NCBI RefSeq assembly: GCF_006345805.1
Contig: NC_043007.1
Span: 41,044,001-41,108,000 of the forward strand
Direction of reading: 5' to 3'
Source: Octopus sinensis
Lineage: Eukaryota
Length of the DNA stretch: 64,000 nucleotides
The notes under the pieces: generated by a model
What the model was told of the DNA's origin: nothing
Seen by the model: only the letters and a program-made list of their open reading frames with translations
The model's database searches: none
Shown: positions 53,091 through 64,000 of the stretch, in pieces
Numbering within the stretch: the stretch's first letter is position 1
Layout: each line of letters begins with the position of its first letter
Position numbers and translations under genes: made by a program

Positions 53091-56000
53091 TTTCTTTGTT
53101 GCCCACCGGCGGCCAAACACATAAATGGACAGAACAACTGATGGGATCAGTAATGCGATATGATTTTACATATAATGTGGCTTTAAAAATTTTAATAAAA
53201 TATAAAAAATCGAATGAAATTAACAATACAGAGACAATACAAATGAAGCGATGATCACGCCACGCTCCGACGCCACAAGCCCCGATCTATCGCTAGTACC
53301 TTTTTTGTCTTTTTTGTCGTATTCAAATGGGTCCTCGCACGCACAGCACTCGTGCAACATGTTTTCAAGGGAAAAGTAAAATACGATCTAAACTCGTGGC
53401 CGGAAATAAAGTTACCCGTCTTAATCACTTTTATTCTAGCCGTCCATACTGCTTCTTTCGCTATTGCAACAACAGTCAGAAAACAAATCTTATCTTCGTT
53501 TGGTAAAAATTGCGGTGGGTCAATTTTATAATGGACCCAGTCGACAGCTGTACTCTTCTTTCGCCGGACAACAGGTGTTTAGCATAAACCCACATTTCAG
53601 ATATCTCCAGGCAATGGACAATAGCGTGAGGGACGGTTTCCCTATCCCCACCCCACCATCTCGGACAGGTCACGGATATCAAAAGAAATATAGAAGCAAA
53701 GACCATTCAAAATGAAGAAAGAAAAAGTTTTGCGTCAAATGGGAAAGACGCCCATGTAACAATGCCAGGTCAAGGACTTTTGGAAATTGTCCAACGTTCA
53801 CAACCCGAATGTACGGTGGAACAGGCTGTCGAGTTGAATATACCTGAGAGCTAGAGTCGCCTCAAAGCCATCGTCACATTCAGACTCTACCAACTCACTA
53901 TATAAAACTTGTAGAACCCCCATCGCTTGCGTTGCCCGAGCGCCGGAATAGCAGGACGGCCTTACGACACTCCATATGTCACTTACTCCTCCTCGGTCTA
54001 CGAGAACACCAGGCTTCTTGTTCGTAAAAAACTTTTAAACTCGGAGAACATTTGTCTGGCTAGCGTAGACCACACCCGTTCACCATCCAGGAGAATTCAG
54101 AGATGCCTCAACCTCAACGCATGCCTGCGCATCATTAACCAAGGCATCCCTAAACCTCCCTTTAATCGCTTCTATCAACAGATAGAGCATTTCACAAGTG
54201 GCGACTTGCCCTTCCACAAAAAGCGAAAGAGCTGCCTCTTCAACCTGATCACTCACGAATCCGGACAGGGCACGACGGTCAGGCGGTAGAGAATAACCGA
54301 TGCCATAAACACATTGGCCACCTCCACCCTCACTTTCAGGGATAGCCACCGCCAAGACCAGGTCTTGACTATTGCAGCCACCCTGCTCGAAACCTCCTTT
54401 CAGTTCTTCTTTATCTGGAGGCCTGGTCCAAACCAGACTCCCAGCAATTTAACCGGTCCCTCTGTCCAGTGCCCAACAACGCCTCTGAAGGCATCGACTT
54501 GCCAACCCAGGTGACGAGCTGCAAGCCGAACCACTTTTCCCGATTGATCTTTGCTAGTGCCACCGTCTCGTGAACCTCAATAGCCTTACCTATTTCACGT
54601 AGGCGTGTTACTGTGGTAACGCTGATAGTGATATCGTCCGCGTAAGCTAAAACAAACTCTTCTAAACCTGGTTCTCTCGCGATGTCACTCAACTTTCGAA
54701 GTAGGGGTTCAAGAACCACCACATACAAAAGTGGTGAGAGCGGACATCGTTGACGAACCGAGCGTCTGATGCAGAACGGTTTCGAAAGAAAACCGTTCAC
54801 CCGAGCTATCGAGTCAGTGTCGTGATACAGAGTGATGAACCACCTGAGGAAGCCAAGGCCCAGGCCAAACCGCGCAAGCACAGACGCCAGGTATTGATGC
54901 TCTACCCTATCAAAAGCTTTAGATTGGTCTAGATGCTCCAATGCCCCACCTTTGCCAGAGCTATCACCAACCCTCTCTATGGTATAGCGAATAAGATTCG
55001 CGATTTTCCTGAATGGTTCTGCTTGTGATGGCACATGTCTGTGCCTCCCCGACTATACCATTCGCGACACGCGCCAACTATTTTGCTAAAACCTTGGCCA
55101 AAATCTTCACTTCTGCGTTTAACAGTGATGGGCCTGAAATTATCTAAAACGTCCCCCTTGTCCGGGTCCTTTCTGATCAACGTCACCACTCCCCGGCGCA
55201 CAGATCTGGGGATAAACCGATTCTGTTGCCAGTTCGCGTACACGCTAGCCAGTAGGTGCCCGAACAAATCTGGCATTTATATAGCTCGTAAGTCTCGGCG
55301 ACTTACCCGCTTTACAGTCAGCCATAGCCTCCGTCACCTCCCCAGGCGTGATCGGCCCCTCGCAAGCCTCCGCATCCGACCCCGAGAGATGTGGTAGCCC
55401 GGCAAGAAAGTTCTCGGGGATTTCCCTACCATCAGGACCGCCATCACCATCGAACAGCTGGGCGAAGTACTCCTGAAATGCCTCATACATTTCCTCGGGT
55501 TCGTTTACCAAGACACCGTTTTTGTTCGTCATAACCCGAATAGTGGAACTATCTCCTTGTCGAGCTTCCATCACTCGGGCACATCCAGCGGCCTTGATTC
55601 CTTCACTTCCCATCGCACGTAACTTAGTTCTGATAATACTTCCCATGTGTTGGGTTTCAAGATACTGGTTCAACTCCAGTCTCTTTACCTTCACTTGGTC
55701 CACATTACCAGACCTTCTTGCTCCTTCGTCATAACCCGAATAGTGGAACATACATACATACATACATACATACATACATACATACATACATACATACATA
55801 CGTACATACATACATAGGTCAGAAAAAACCAACCTTTTCTCGGTTACCAGGTTTCTTTTTTGTAGGACCAACACCCCGTCCCCAATATCTGTCCGACTTG
55901 GATAAACGTATTTCTCGTAGCCGTTCAGGAGGGAGAGCACATCTCTTGGCTCCTTCACCCGGGTTTCCGTTGCAACATGACATCCAAATTTCTTGACCTG

Positions 56001-56830
56001 ATGTCACTTAGGAAGCCCCCTTTCTTCCAACTCGACATCAGGCCATGGACATTTATACAACCAATGTGAATAGACGTGACTTATCTTTTAGATCGGGAGT
56101 CCTGGGGAGAGGGACTCTCCCCCTTTTCTTGACTTAGGGTCGGAGGTGGCAAGCCTTCAAATATTGATTGATGAAAATCAAATCTCAATGGTGAGACCGA
56201 TTTTCTATACGTGTTAAACAAGATATATGTCCAGTTCGTAAAATACATAGTTTTTATATTTGTCTGATAGCCTAGTGGTTGATTTTTTGGCTTTTATATC
56301 ACGCATTAAGTCCTCGTTTTTGTTGTGTAGTGCAACTATTCTTCTGTTCGTCTCCCGCTTCGCCATCCTCGGTCTGTCTCTCTTGGCTGTTTTTTTTTTT
56401 ATCTCGGCTCGCTCTGCTTTTGCTGGTTCGAGCCTTCCATTTTCCTTTTGTTGTTTATTTTTCCTTCAGTTTCTCTCTCTCTTTCTTCCTCCTCACCATC
56501 CGATTCTTCTTCACCTTCTTTACAATATTTTTTAATGTGACCCAGTTGGCCACATTGGAAACATCGGGGCTTACGCCCCTCAACAAAAATACTTAGAATT
56601 TCCTCCCCTACTGCTACCAATTCTAGGAGCTGTTCTAAAATGTTCTGCTCTGCCTGAAATAACATGTTGAGCGTTTGTCTAGTCCAATATTTATTCTCTG
56701 TGACGGTAGCCTGCAGGAGGTTGATATTATCCTCCCTGTTTGCCAGGACTGCCGCCATCAAGCACATAGGGTTTACTCCGGGTGGAATTCTTGGTATTCT
56801 AACCTTAGATGTTCTCATTCCCATGTAAAT
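53091..56830 (-). mobile_element. Heavily deleted near-full-length Tx1 LINE
   Basis: ORF1 RCFQCGQLGHIKKYC (56399-56824), APE remnant, RT LDQSKAFDR/CPLSPLLY/YADD (54411-55034), 3' region. Confidence 0.85.
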
Positions 56831-56859
56831 TAGGATTGATATTATCTACTACAATTAGG

Positions 56860-57700
56860 TAGTAAGCGCCCTTTACCAGTCCGGCATAGTCAATATGTAA
56901 CCTAGACCAATTCGGTGGTAAGCGCCGTTTACCAGTCCGGTATAGTCAATGTGTAACCTTGAATCTGGCCACGATTGATACTTTACCAGCGGGGTTTTGG
57001 CTGCGAGCTCCAAACCTTGGCACGTTCTCCTCAAGTTTTCGATGTCTTGGTCCATAGACAGCCAATAGACATAACTCCTCATCAGTGCCTTCATCCTTGC
57101 CATTCCTGGATGTCCACTGTGAAATTGTTGTAATACACCTCATTATAGTGTAGTTAAACCACCACTGGGCATATATCAGAATATCGTTGCAAATTGAAAA
57201 ACTACTGGCATCTGAATTTTATTCTATTTATTTTTTAAAGCTTCTTTCATTTTAATAATATACTCATCACCTACAGCTTTCATTCTTATATCCTGTGCAG
57301 TCACTGGTAGTTCTTGGATAACGTTCGTAATAACACTTAATTTCACTTTCTGCCTGCAGTGTGGCTATAACAGTTTCTTCTAGTGGTTCTATATTTTTTG
57401 GAATTAATCTCGAATGGCAGTCTGCGTGACCGATTTTTTCGATAGGATGTATTGCATTTTGAAATTATGATTTAGAAATATTACACCCCAACGTTGCAGG
57501 TGATTTGCAGTGTGAGTGGGTAGCCATTTTTATAGACCCATAAATCGACAGGAAAGTTCAATGATCTGTTTGCAATAAAAAAAAACTTCTGCCATGCAGA
57601 AACCTGTGAAATGTTTTAACTGCAAACTAATTGTTACCTTTTCAATTTGACTATATCTCCACTTGTACATTGTCGTTGGCACTGTAATATTCTTGTCGCC
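56860..57700 (-). mobile_element. Gypsy LTR retrotransposon pol fragment (RNase H-integrase)
   Basis: HPGMARMKALMRSYVYW...RLHIDY integrase N-terminus; upstream RNase H-like remnants. Confidence 0.75.
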
Positions 57701-58226
57701 ACTATTGTATTGTGGCGGTATTCCGCGTTTTATTATCTTGACTCGTCTATCGTACTATCGCTGATAGCTCCACAAGATAGTACGGTATCTTGACGGTAAC
57801 TCGAACTTCACGGCTTCATGTAACTGACACTGACTCCAACTGAGATCTCGTACAAAGACTCTACTACTACTGACCTCCTACTACGATTGATTGTCTGACT
57901 TTATAGTGACTGATTCATATCACTTTGCCACGTGGGAAGGAGCGTACCATTTTCACTGCAACAGTATGTATGCATGTATGTACGTATCTATGTATGTATA
58001 GACGTATGGATGAGGGATTATGAAATATGCCCTGCAAGTATGTTATTTCGTTTCAATCTCACTTTAAGGCACTATGGGCAAGTGTGTTCAACTATAGTCC
58101 TGGGCTGATCAATATTTTGTGAGTGAATTTGATCATTTGATTTCATAGACGGAATTGTGTAGGAGCACATTGTGTATATATATATATATATATATAGATA
58201 TATATATATATATAATATATATATAT

Positions 58227-58293
<67 letters not shown>

Positions 58294-59830
58294 ATAACGA
58301 CGTAAGAAATTTGAAAAGCTAAACGCGAAACCGGTCTTTCTTCTAAACATGTCATTGTAAGAAAAACATTTTTAATATTCTTCAGACATATTGACTCAAA
58401 TATATATTTTTTAACCTTTTAAAACAAGCCTTCTGTAGTTTTTTCACTTTTTACTATTTTCTATATATTCAACCACGTGCTTTCACAAACCAACTTTCTT
58501 ATCTATATATATATATATATTCTTGTGGTAATTGGTGCACTTGGCAAAAAACCCAAAATACAACCTAAAAGACTGAAACAGATTAGAAATGTGCCGCCTG
58601 GTTATAACTGGTTAATACCCAGAGCTATGAGGGAATCGTCTCCAGAGAGCTGTAACGCAGCGAACCGGTGAAGAAGCAAAACACATACATTGCGTATGAG
58701 CGATCGATAATGTTTACAATGCATGTGTGTGTGTATCCATGGGTTCCAAATTATTTTTAAGCATTTAAAAAAATTTATTTTATTTTATTGCATCCAATTT
58801 TATTCTTTTAATATTTTATCTTTAATTTAGCTTTAATTTTTTTATTCTCATACCAGTATTATCGTTGTTCTATTATTACCCCATCATTATTGGTATTGTT
58901 GTTTCTGTTATTAATTTATATTATCTTATTGTTATATTGTTAATATTATTGATATTGGTATTATTGATATTGATATTGATGTTGCTGATGTTGATACTGT
59001 CACCTTTATCATTATTGTTTTGGTATCACACATTACTCTGCAAATTTATTCTAATCCTTTATATATAAATTTATTTTAATGCTAAACATAGAAACTAACA
59101 TTAGACCATGACCATTTTATTGGTTTAAAATTTGAAAACCTGGCTGATCAGGTTAAGCTGAATTTACATTTAATTTTCAACAACTTTAACTTAACATCAT
59201 CCCATTTGTAACAACATCTTTCAATCAGTATTTATATCCTGGATGATAAGAGTATTTCTGACCTCTACAATATGACTAATATCCTAGCTAATATCCTTTT
59301 ATTTTCTAACATTACTCCCCGCCACTATACTAGGTAGCAAAAAGACTGAATATAACTGTTTTAGTCTGACCATGTCCATAAAAAGCCCATGTCAAATTTC
59401 AAGACAATGGCTAGAGAATATCTAACCTGTATTCAATACTGATATGGTAACGGGTGCTGACCTGACTACAACACTAATGTTTTAGGCTGCCCTCTTTCAA
59501 ATTTGGCATTGTCCCCCTAATTCTAGCAAGTTATTCCTATACCATCTCCTTACCTGATTCCACCCCTTTATAACCTGTCTTCATCGAATATCTCCATCTT
59601 CTTCCCCTACCTTCCTCATACTATACCCATTCTTCCAGAGCTCTGCTTGTTATAACCAAAAATGGCTCTGATGAAAGTGGCATTAATTTTCTGATATTCA
59701 ATTTTCTTCAATTGATCAATAGACCAAGTAAGTAAAACTATCAGTAATGTATCTATAATGACTATTGGAAACAGCTTTAAGCCATGTTTACTAAAGGAAA
59801 AATATGTAATAATCAATATTTTAACTTGTT

Positions 59831-59870
<40 letters not shown>

Positions 59871-60037
59871 ACAAATTCAAAATGCGATAAAATAAAATTA
59901 ATTATTATCGCTGGTGTTTCTAGCACAGGCCATATATTATTCATATATAAGTACATTAAAGGCGAAGTATGTACTAGAAACACAGAAGCTTGATAAATTT
60001 AGTGAAATGAAGATAAAAACTTTTACTAACTCTGTTC

Positions 60038-60112
60038 ATCTTAGACTGCAGTTTCGCCTTTTTCAGCAATAAAAATAATATTTATTTACTCAGGTAGGCT
60101 CTTCAGTAAGAT
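60038..60112 (-). ncRNA. Canonical type I hammerhead ribozyme
   Basis: ATCTTA CTGAAGA GCCT (loop) AGGC GAAAC TGCA GTC TAAGAT; all core nucleotides canonical. Confidence 0.85.
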
Positions 60113-60436
60113 TCCTGTTATTATGAAGCGCAACTCGATAGACACATGTGCGTCTACTAATTTGCTCTTTCTAACTAATCAGATCACTGCGCAGACGCAG
60201 AACGAACCCGACAAACTAGGGATTTCTGGTATATAGTCTAACGCTCAAAATTTATCGAGAAATATGTAAACAAATTCAAAATGCGATAAAATAAAATTAA
60301 TTATTATCGCTGGTGTTTCTAGCACAGGCCATATATTATTCATATATAAGTACATTAAAGGCGAAGTATGTACTAGAAACACAGAAGCTTGATAAATTTA
60401 GTGAAATGAAGATAAAAACTTTTACTAACTCTGTTC

Positions 60437-60511
60437 ATCTTAGACTGCAGTTTTGCCTTTTTCAGCAATAAAAATAATATTTATTTACTCAGGTAGGCTC
60501 TTCAGTAAGAT
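60437..60511 (-). ncRNA. Second hammerhead copy with G12A mutation (probably inactive)
   Basis: Identical to 60038-60112 except GGCAAAAC instead of GGCGAAAC (C>T at 60454). Confidence 0.7.
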
Positions 60512-60746
60512 TCCTGTTATTATGAAGCGCAACTCGATAGACACATGTGCGTCTATATATATATATATATATATAATCACTATGTCCACCTGTCGGTTAA
60601 TTGGCTCCTCTGTTATCAATTTCGCTGTCTGCCTCGCTATCTCATCACCTCACTATCAAAAGTGGGCTTTTTTTTATCTCTGAACCATACATCCTGTAGT
60701 CATTTGTACTTTGTGTTTGTCGAATCTGTACAACATTGGTCTGATC

Positions 60747-61032
60747 ATGAAGACGTCTAATATTTACATCGACAAGATTCTTCTGCAGCTTGGAAACTTG
60801 GAGTGGTTCAATGTCTCTCAATTCGCCATGTGGTGCTTCTCCACCAATATTATTGTAGGAAAAAGGCGGGGAGCTGGCAGAAAAATTAGCACGTCGGGAG
60901 AAATGCTTAGCAGTATTTTGTCTGTTCTTACGTTCTGTGTTCTAATTCCGCTGAGGTCAAATATTTCGGGCCTTGTACCAAGAGCAGAAAACAATATTAT
61001 TGAAGGAAATTAAAATTTGTTTCTATTTACAG
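60747..61032 (+). pseudogene. SLC22-like first coding exon, copy 6 (SINE-interrupted, in-frame TAA)
   Basis: MKTSNIYIDKILLQLGNLEWFNVSQFAMWCFSTNIIVG[SINE]N*NLFLFT + G|gtaaga; 18-bp TSD. Confidence 0.75.
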
Positions 61033-61621
61033 GTAAGATGTGTTTACCTCAAAATTATATTTGATCGTATATCAAATGTCTCATTTGTGTTCTGGATTGC
61101 ATATGGATATGGTATAGTTAACATCCACATATATACTTTAGTTTACCTGATGAGCTAAATTGTTGCGGATTTCAAAATCTGCAGCTTTTGTTAGAATCAA
61201 GTTTTTATTCTTACCTTTCTTTTGTTTTTAAATCCATGCTATTTTTCTTATCTCTGTTAGACCTTACCAGTACACGAAAATAAATTGTAGTGATTTTTTC
61301 AGCTTGATTTAATGAATATGGTTGATGCTAAAATATCATTTTTCTTAAAAACACACACACATATACACACGAATATTTTCACACACATACGCACGCACAT
61401 ACACTCTTATATATGTGTGTATGTATGTATGTAGTATGTATGTATGTATGTATGTATGTATGTATGTATGTATGTATAGACGTCTAACATCTAGACGTAT
61501 GGCAAGCATGTTGTTTCGGGTTCAATCTTGCTTTGATGTACTTTGGGTGTCTTCTACTATAATCTTAGGCTGACCAATACTTTGTGAATGAATTGATTGA
61601 CGGAAATTGTATAGAAACATA

Positions 61622-61665
<44 letters not shown>

Positions 61666-63419
61666 ATCAAACGAAGGAAAAAACAATTACAATATACAAA
61701 TATTAAAGGAAATAGAGAAATACAATTGACATATTAAAAATGTAAATTCATCATAATATAACAATATAAAAAGATATAGTATAATATAATATAATAAATA
61801 ATTAAAACAAATATAAATCCAACAATTTATTTCGACACATATCCACTAGTAATTTTATTTAAAAATTCACATTTATACATAAAAGTCTCCTCAAGGAGAT
61901 AGTTGTTCAAAAAACAGACAAAAATTCCATGCAATGACTATATAAAATAGACTGATTTAAAATATATCTATGTTTACAAGTGTGAGTGTTAATAATCCAA
62001 AAATATAATAAGTATGATAAAAACAAAATTCAAATGGATAAAATAATTAAGTAAAGAAAATTTACTACGGTCATAAAATGTACTTATGGATCTGCAATAA
62101 TATTAATCGAAATATATTTTAATCGAAGATAATCACTGGCCATTTTATTATATAATATCCATATCTACATAATATGTTAAAAATTTATGATGGAGTAAGA
62201 AATATATTTTATTTAAAATTACTATATACTGTGATGGAAAAGATAAATAAATAATGATATATTTGATTCAGGTACTAAATTCATTTAAAAAATTCTTAAT
62301 CAACGATTCATTCTCTCAAAAATTTCTACTAAATACGCCGATGTTAAACAAATGTATAAAGTTACGATTATTATAAACAATACCATTCCTTACATAATAA
62401 TGATAATAATATATAAATAAATAATCAGAACTTTACTTAGTTCTACAGAAGGAAAAAAATTCAAGTAATTCTATATATTTGTATATGTATACAAGTTCGA
62501 AAGAACATAATATTATATATATATATACTAAAAATTATAGGATCTACAAGAAATGTTCATAACAATAATATTAATGCGCCAACTTGTTCTCTTTGTACGT
62601 ACGTACCTGTGGTGTGTATCACACTTACTTCAAAGGAAGAAGTGAGTGGCTAAGTGGAAAAGAAGTGATAGAAAAAGAGAGAGAAAGAGAGACCGTGAGA
62701 GAGAGACAGTGAGAGGTGATGGCGTTCGTTTTGTTTTTAAATGATTATCACATCGCAAAAGAAGTAGTTACATAGATTGAAAGAAAAGTTGATACATAAA
62801 TACATACACACATTGTTAAATTAAAAGCGTGAGAAAGGAGGGACACAGATGAAGTGAGAGAGAGAGAGAGAGAGAGAGACGGTAGATACATAAATCAAAA
62901 GAAAAGTTGACACATAGATACAGAGACAAATCAAAGACAAATAACTGCTGCAAATAGTGGATGTAACTTTCACTTTTCATTACCACACCAGGATCAAATT
63001 AACCCACAAGTTGCTGAGTACTCCACAGACATGCATGTCATTAACATAGTTCTCTGGGAGATTCAACCTCACACAGAATATGACAAGATTACAGCAACAA
63101 CTCATTTTGGCCAGCTGAGTGGACTGGGGCAAGATAAACCTTCAAGTGGCTGAAGAAAACGAAAAAAGATTCTATATAGGGGCAGGAAAATCTTTTTAGT
63201 CGTTAGGGTAACTATGGGTGTTAATCCAGTCCTAACAGCGGCATTTGTGGGTCTCACAGATCTGGAGGCCAAGCTTCCAGACAAATACCGATGCGCAGGC
63301 TGTTGTTATCAAACTTAGCGTGAGTCGATCGCGAAGTCACCACACGACGGAATAGCAGTTATTTCGTTTTAGCTTTCACTGCTTACACTAAACACATGAC
63401 ATTTTTGCCTTACGATATG

Positions 63420-63775
63420 GGAAATTTCATTTTCTTTTACTCTTTTTTAAACAAAGGCACTGTCGGTCACGACGACGAGGTTCCTGTTTATCTGATCAAC
63501 AGAACAGTCTGCTCCTAAAATTAACGCGCAAGTGACTGAGTACTCCACAGACATGTATACCATGTGGTGGCTCCCAGGGAGATTCAGCCTCACACAGGAT
63601 GGGATAAGGCTGGCCCCTTTGAATTACAGCTACATCTCATTTTTGCCAGCTGAGTGGACTGCAACAAGGTGAAGTAGAGTACCTTACTCGAGAATACAGT
63701 GCGCTGTAGGGAATCGTACTCCTGACCTTACGATCGTGGGCCGAATACCCCAACCACTGAGCCATGCACCTTCAC
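63420..63775 (-). mobile_element. tRNA-derived SINE (family C-like)
   Basis: Minus-strand head gcatggctcagtggttggggtattcggcccacgatcgtaaggtcaggagtacgattccc; body repeated at 63000-63130. Confidence 0.6.
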
Positions 63776-64000
63776 TTTCTTAACCGTAGAGAAAAGGAGT
63801 GAAGCGATAGAGACAGAGAAAGGAAAGCATCAGTCATTTACAATGACAATTAGGCTGAAATACGATTGATCTTATCTAACTTCTTTACTTTTAACAATGA
63901 AAAAGAGGGAAGGACATCTAGTAATGAATAAAGGAAATGTCATTCAAATGTTCACGTTTTTATTCTAGGAGTTCTAGAATGAATGCCAAAGTTTGGTATG

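Larger units (their letters stand above)
59869..60555 (-). mobile_element. Retrozyme-like element: 288-bp direct repeats at 399-bp period, each carrying a hammerhead, inside (TA)n
   Basis: 59869-60156 matches 60268-60555; TA tracts on both flanks. Confidence 0.75.

Noticed and set aside
61015-61040. ttacag|gtaag recursive splice-site-like motif
   Set aside because: Explained as the 3' end and donor of SINE-split exon copy 6

Overview
AT-rich, microsatellite-dense eukaryotic DNA. The SINE families and the (TA)n/(GATA)n/(TACA)n load look like a coleoid cephalopod, probably Octopus; this is recognition from sequence, not a database check. Most of the window is TE debris: tRNA-derived SINEs, four Tx1-clade LINE copies, RTE and Penelope-like fragments, a complete hAT remnant, Tc1/mariner/maT elements, MITEs and a Gypsy pol fragment. 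Host-gene content is SLC22/MFS transporter-like. Two 3'-region exons lie on the minus strand at the left edge, and their junction spells a split TGA. Six paralogous first-coding exons lie on the plus strand (31-61 kb), and I found no downstream exons between them. The window also holds several distinct type I hammerhead ribozyme motifs, mostly in short elements within (TA)n tracts. These include a 399-bp-period retrozyme-like direct repeat and a 770-bp nested palindrome whose apex is half a hammerhead. All translations and foldings were done by eye, and TE boundaries without TIR/TSD support are approximate.
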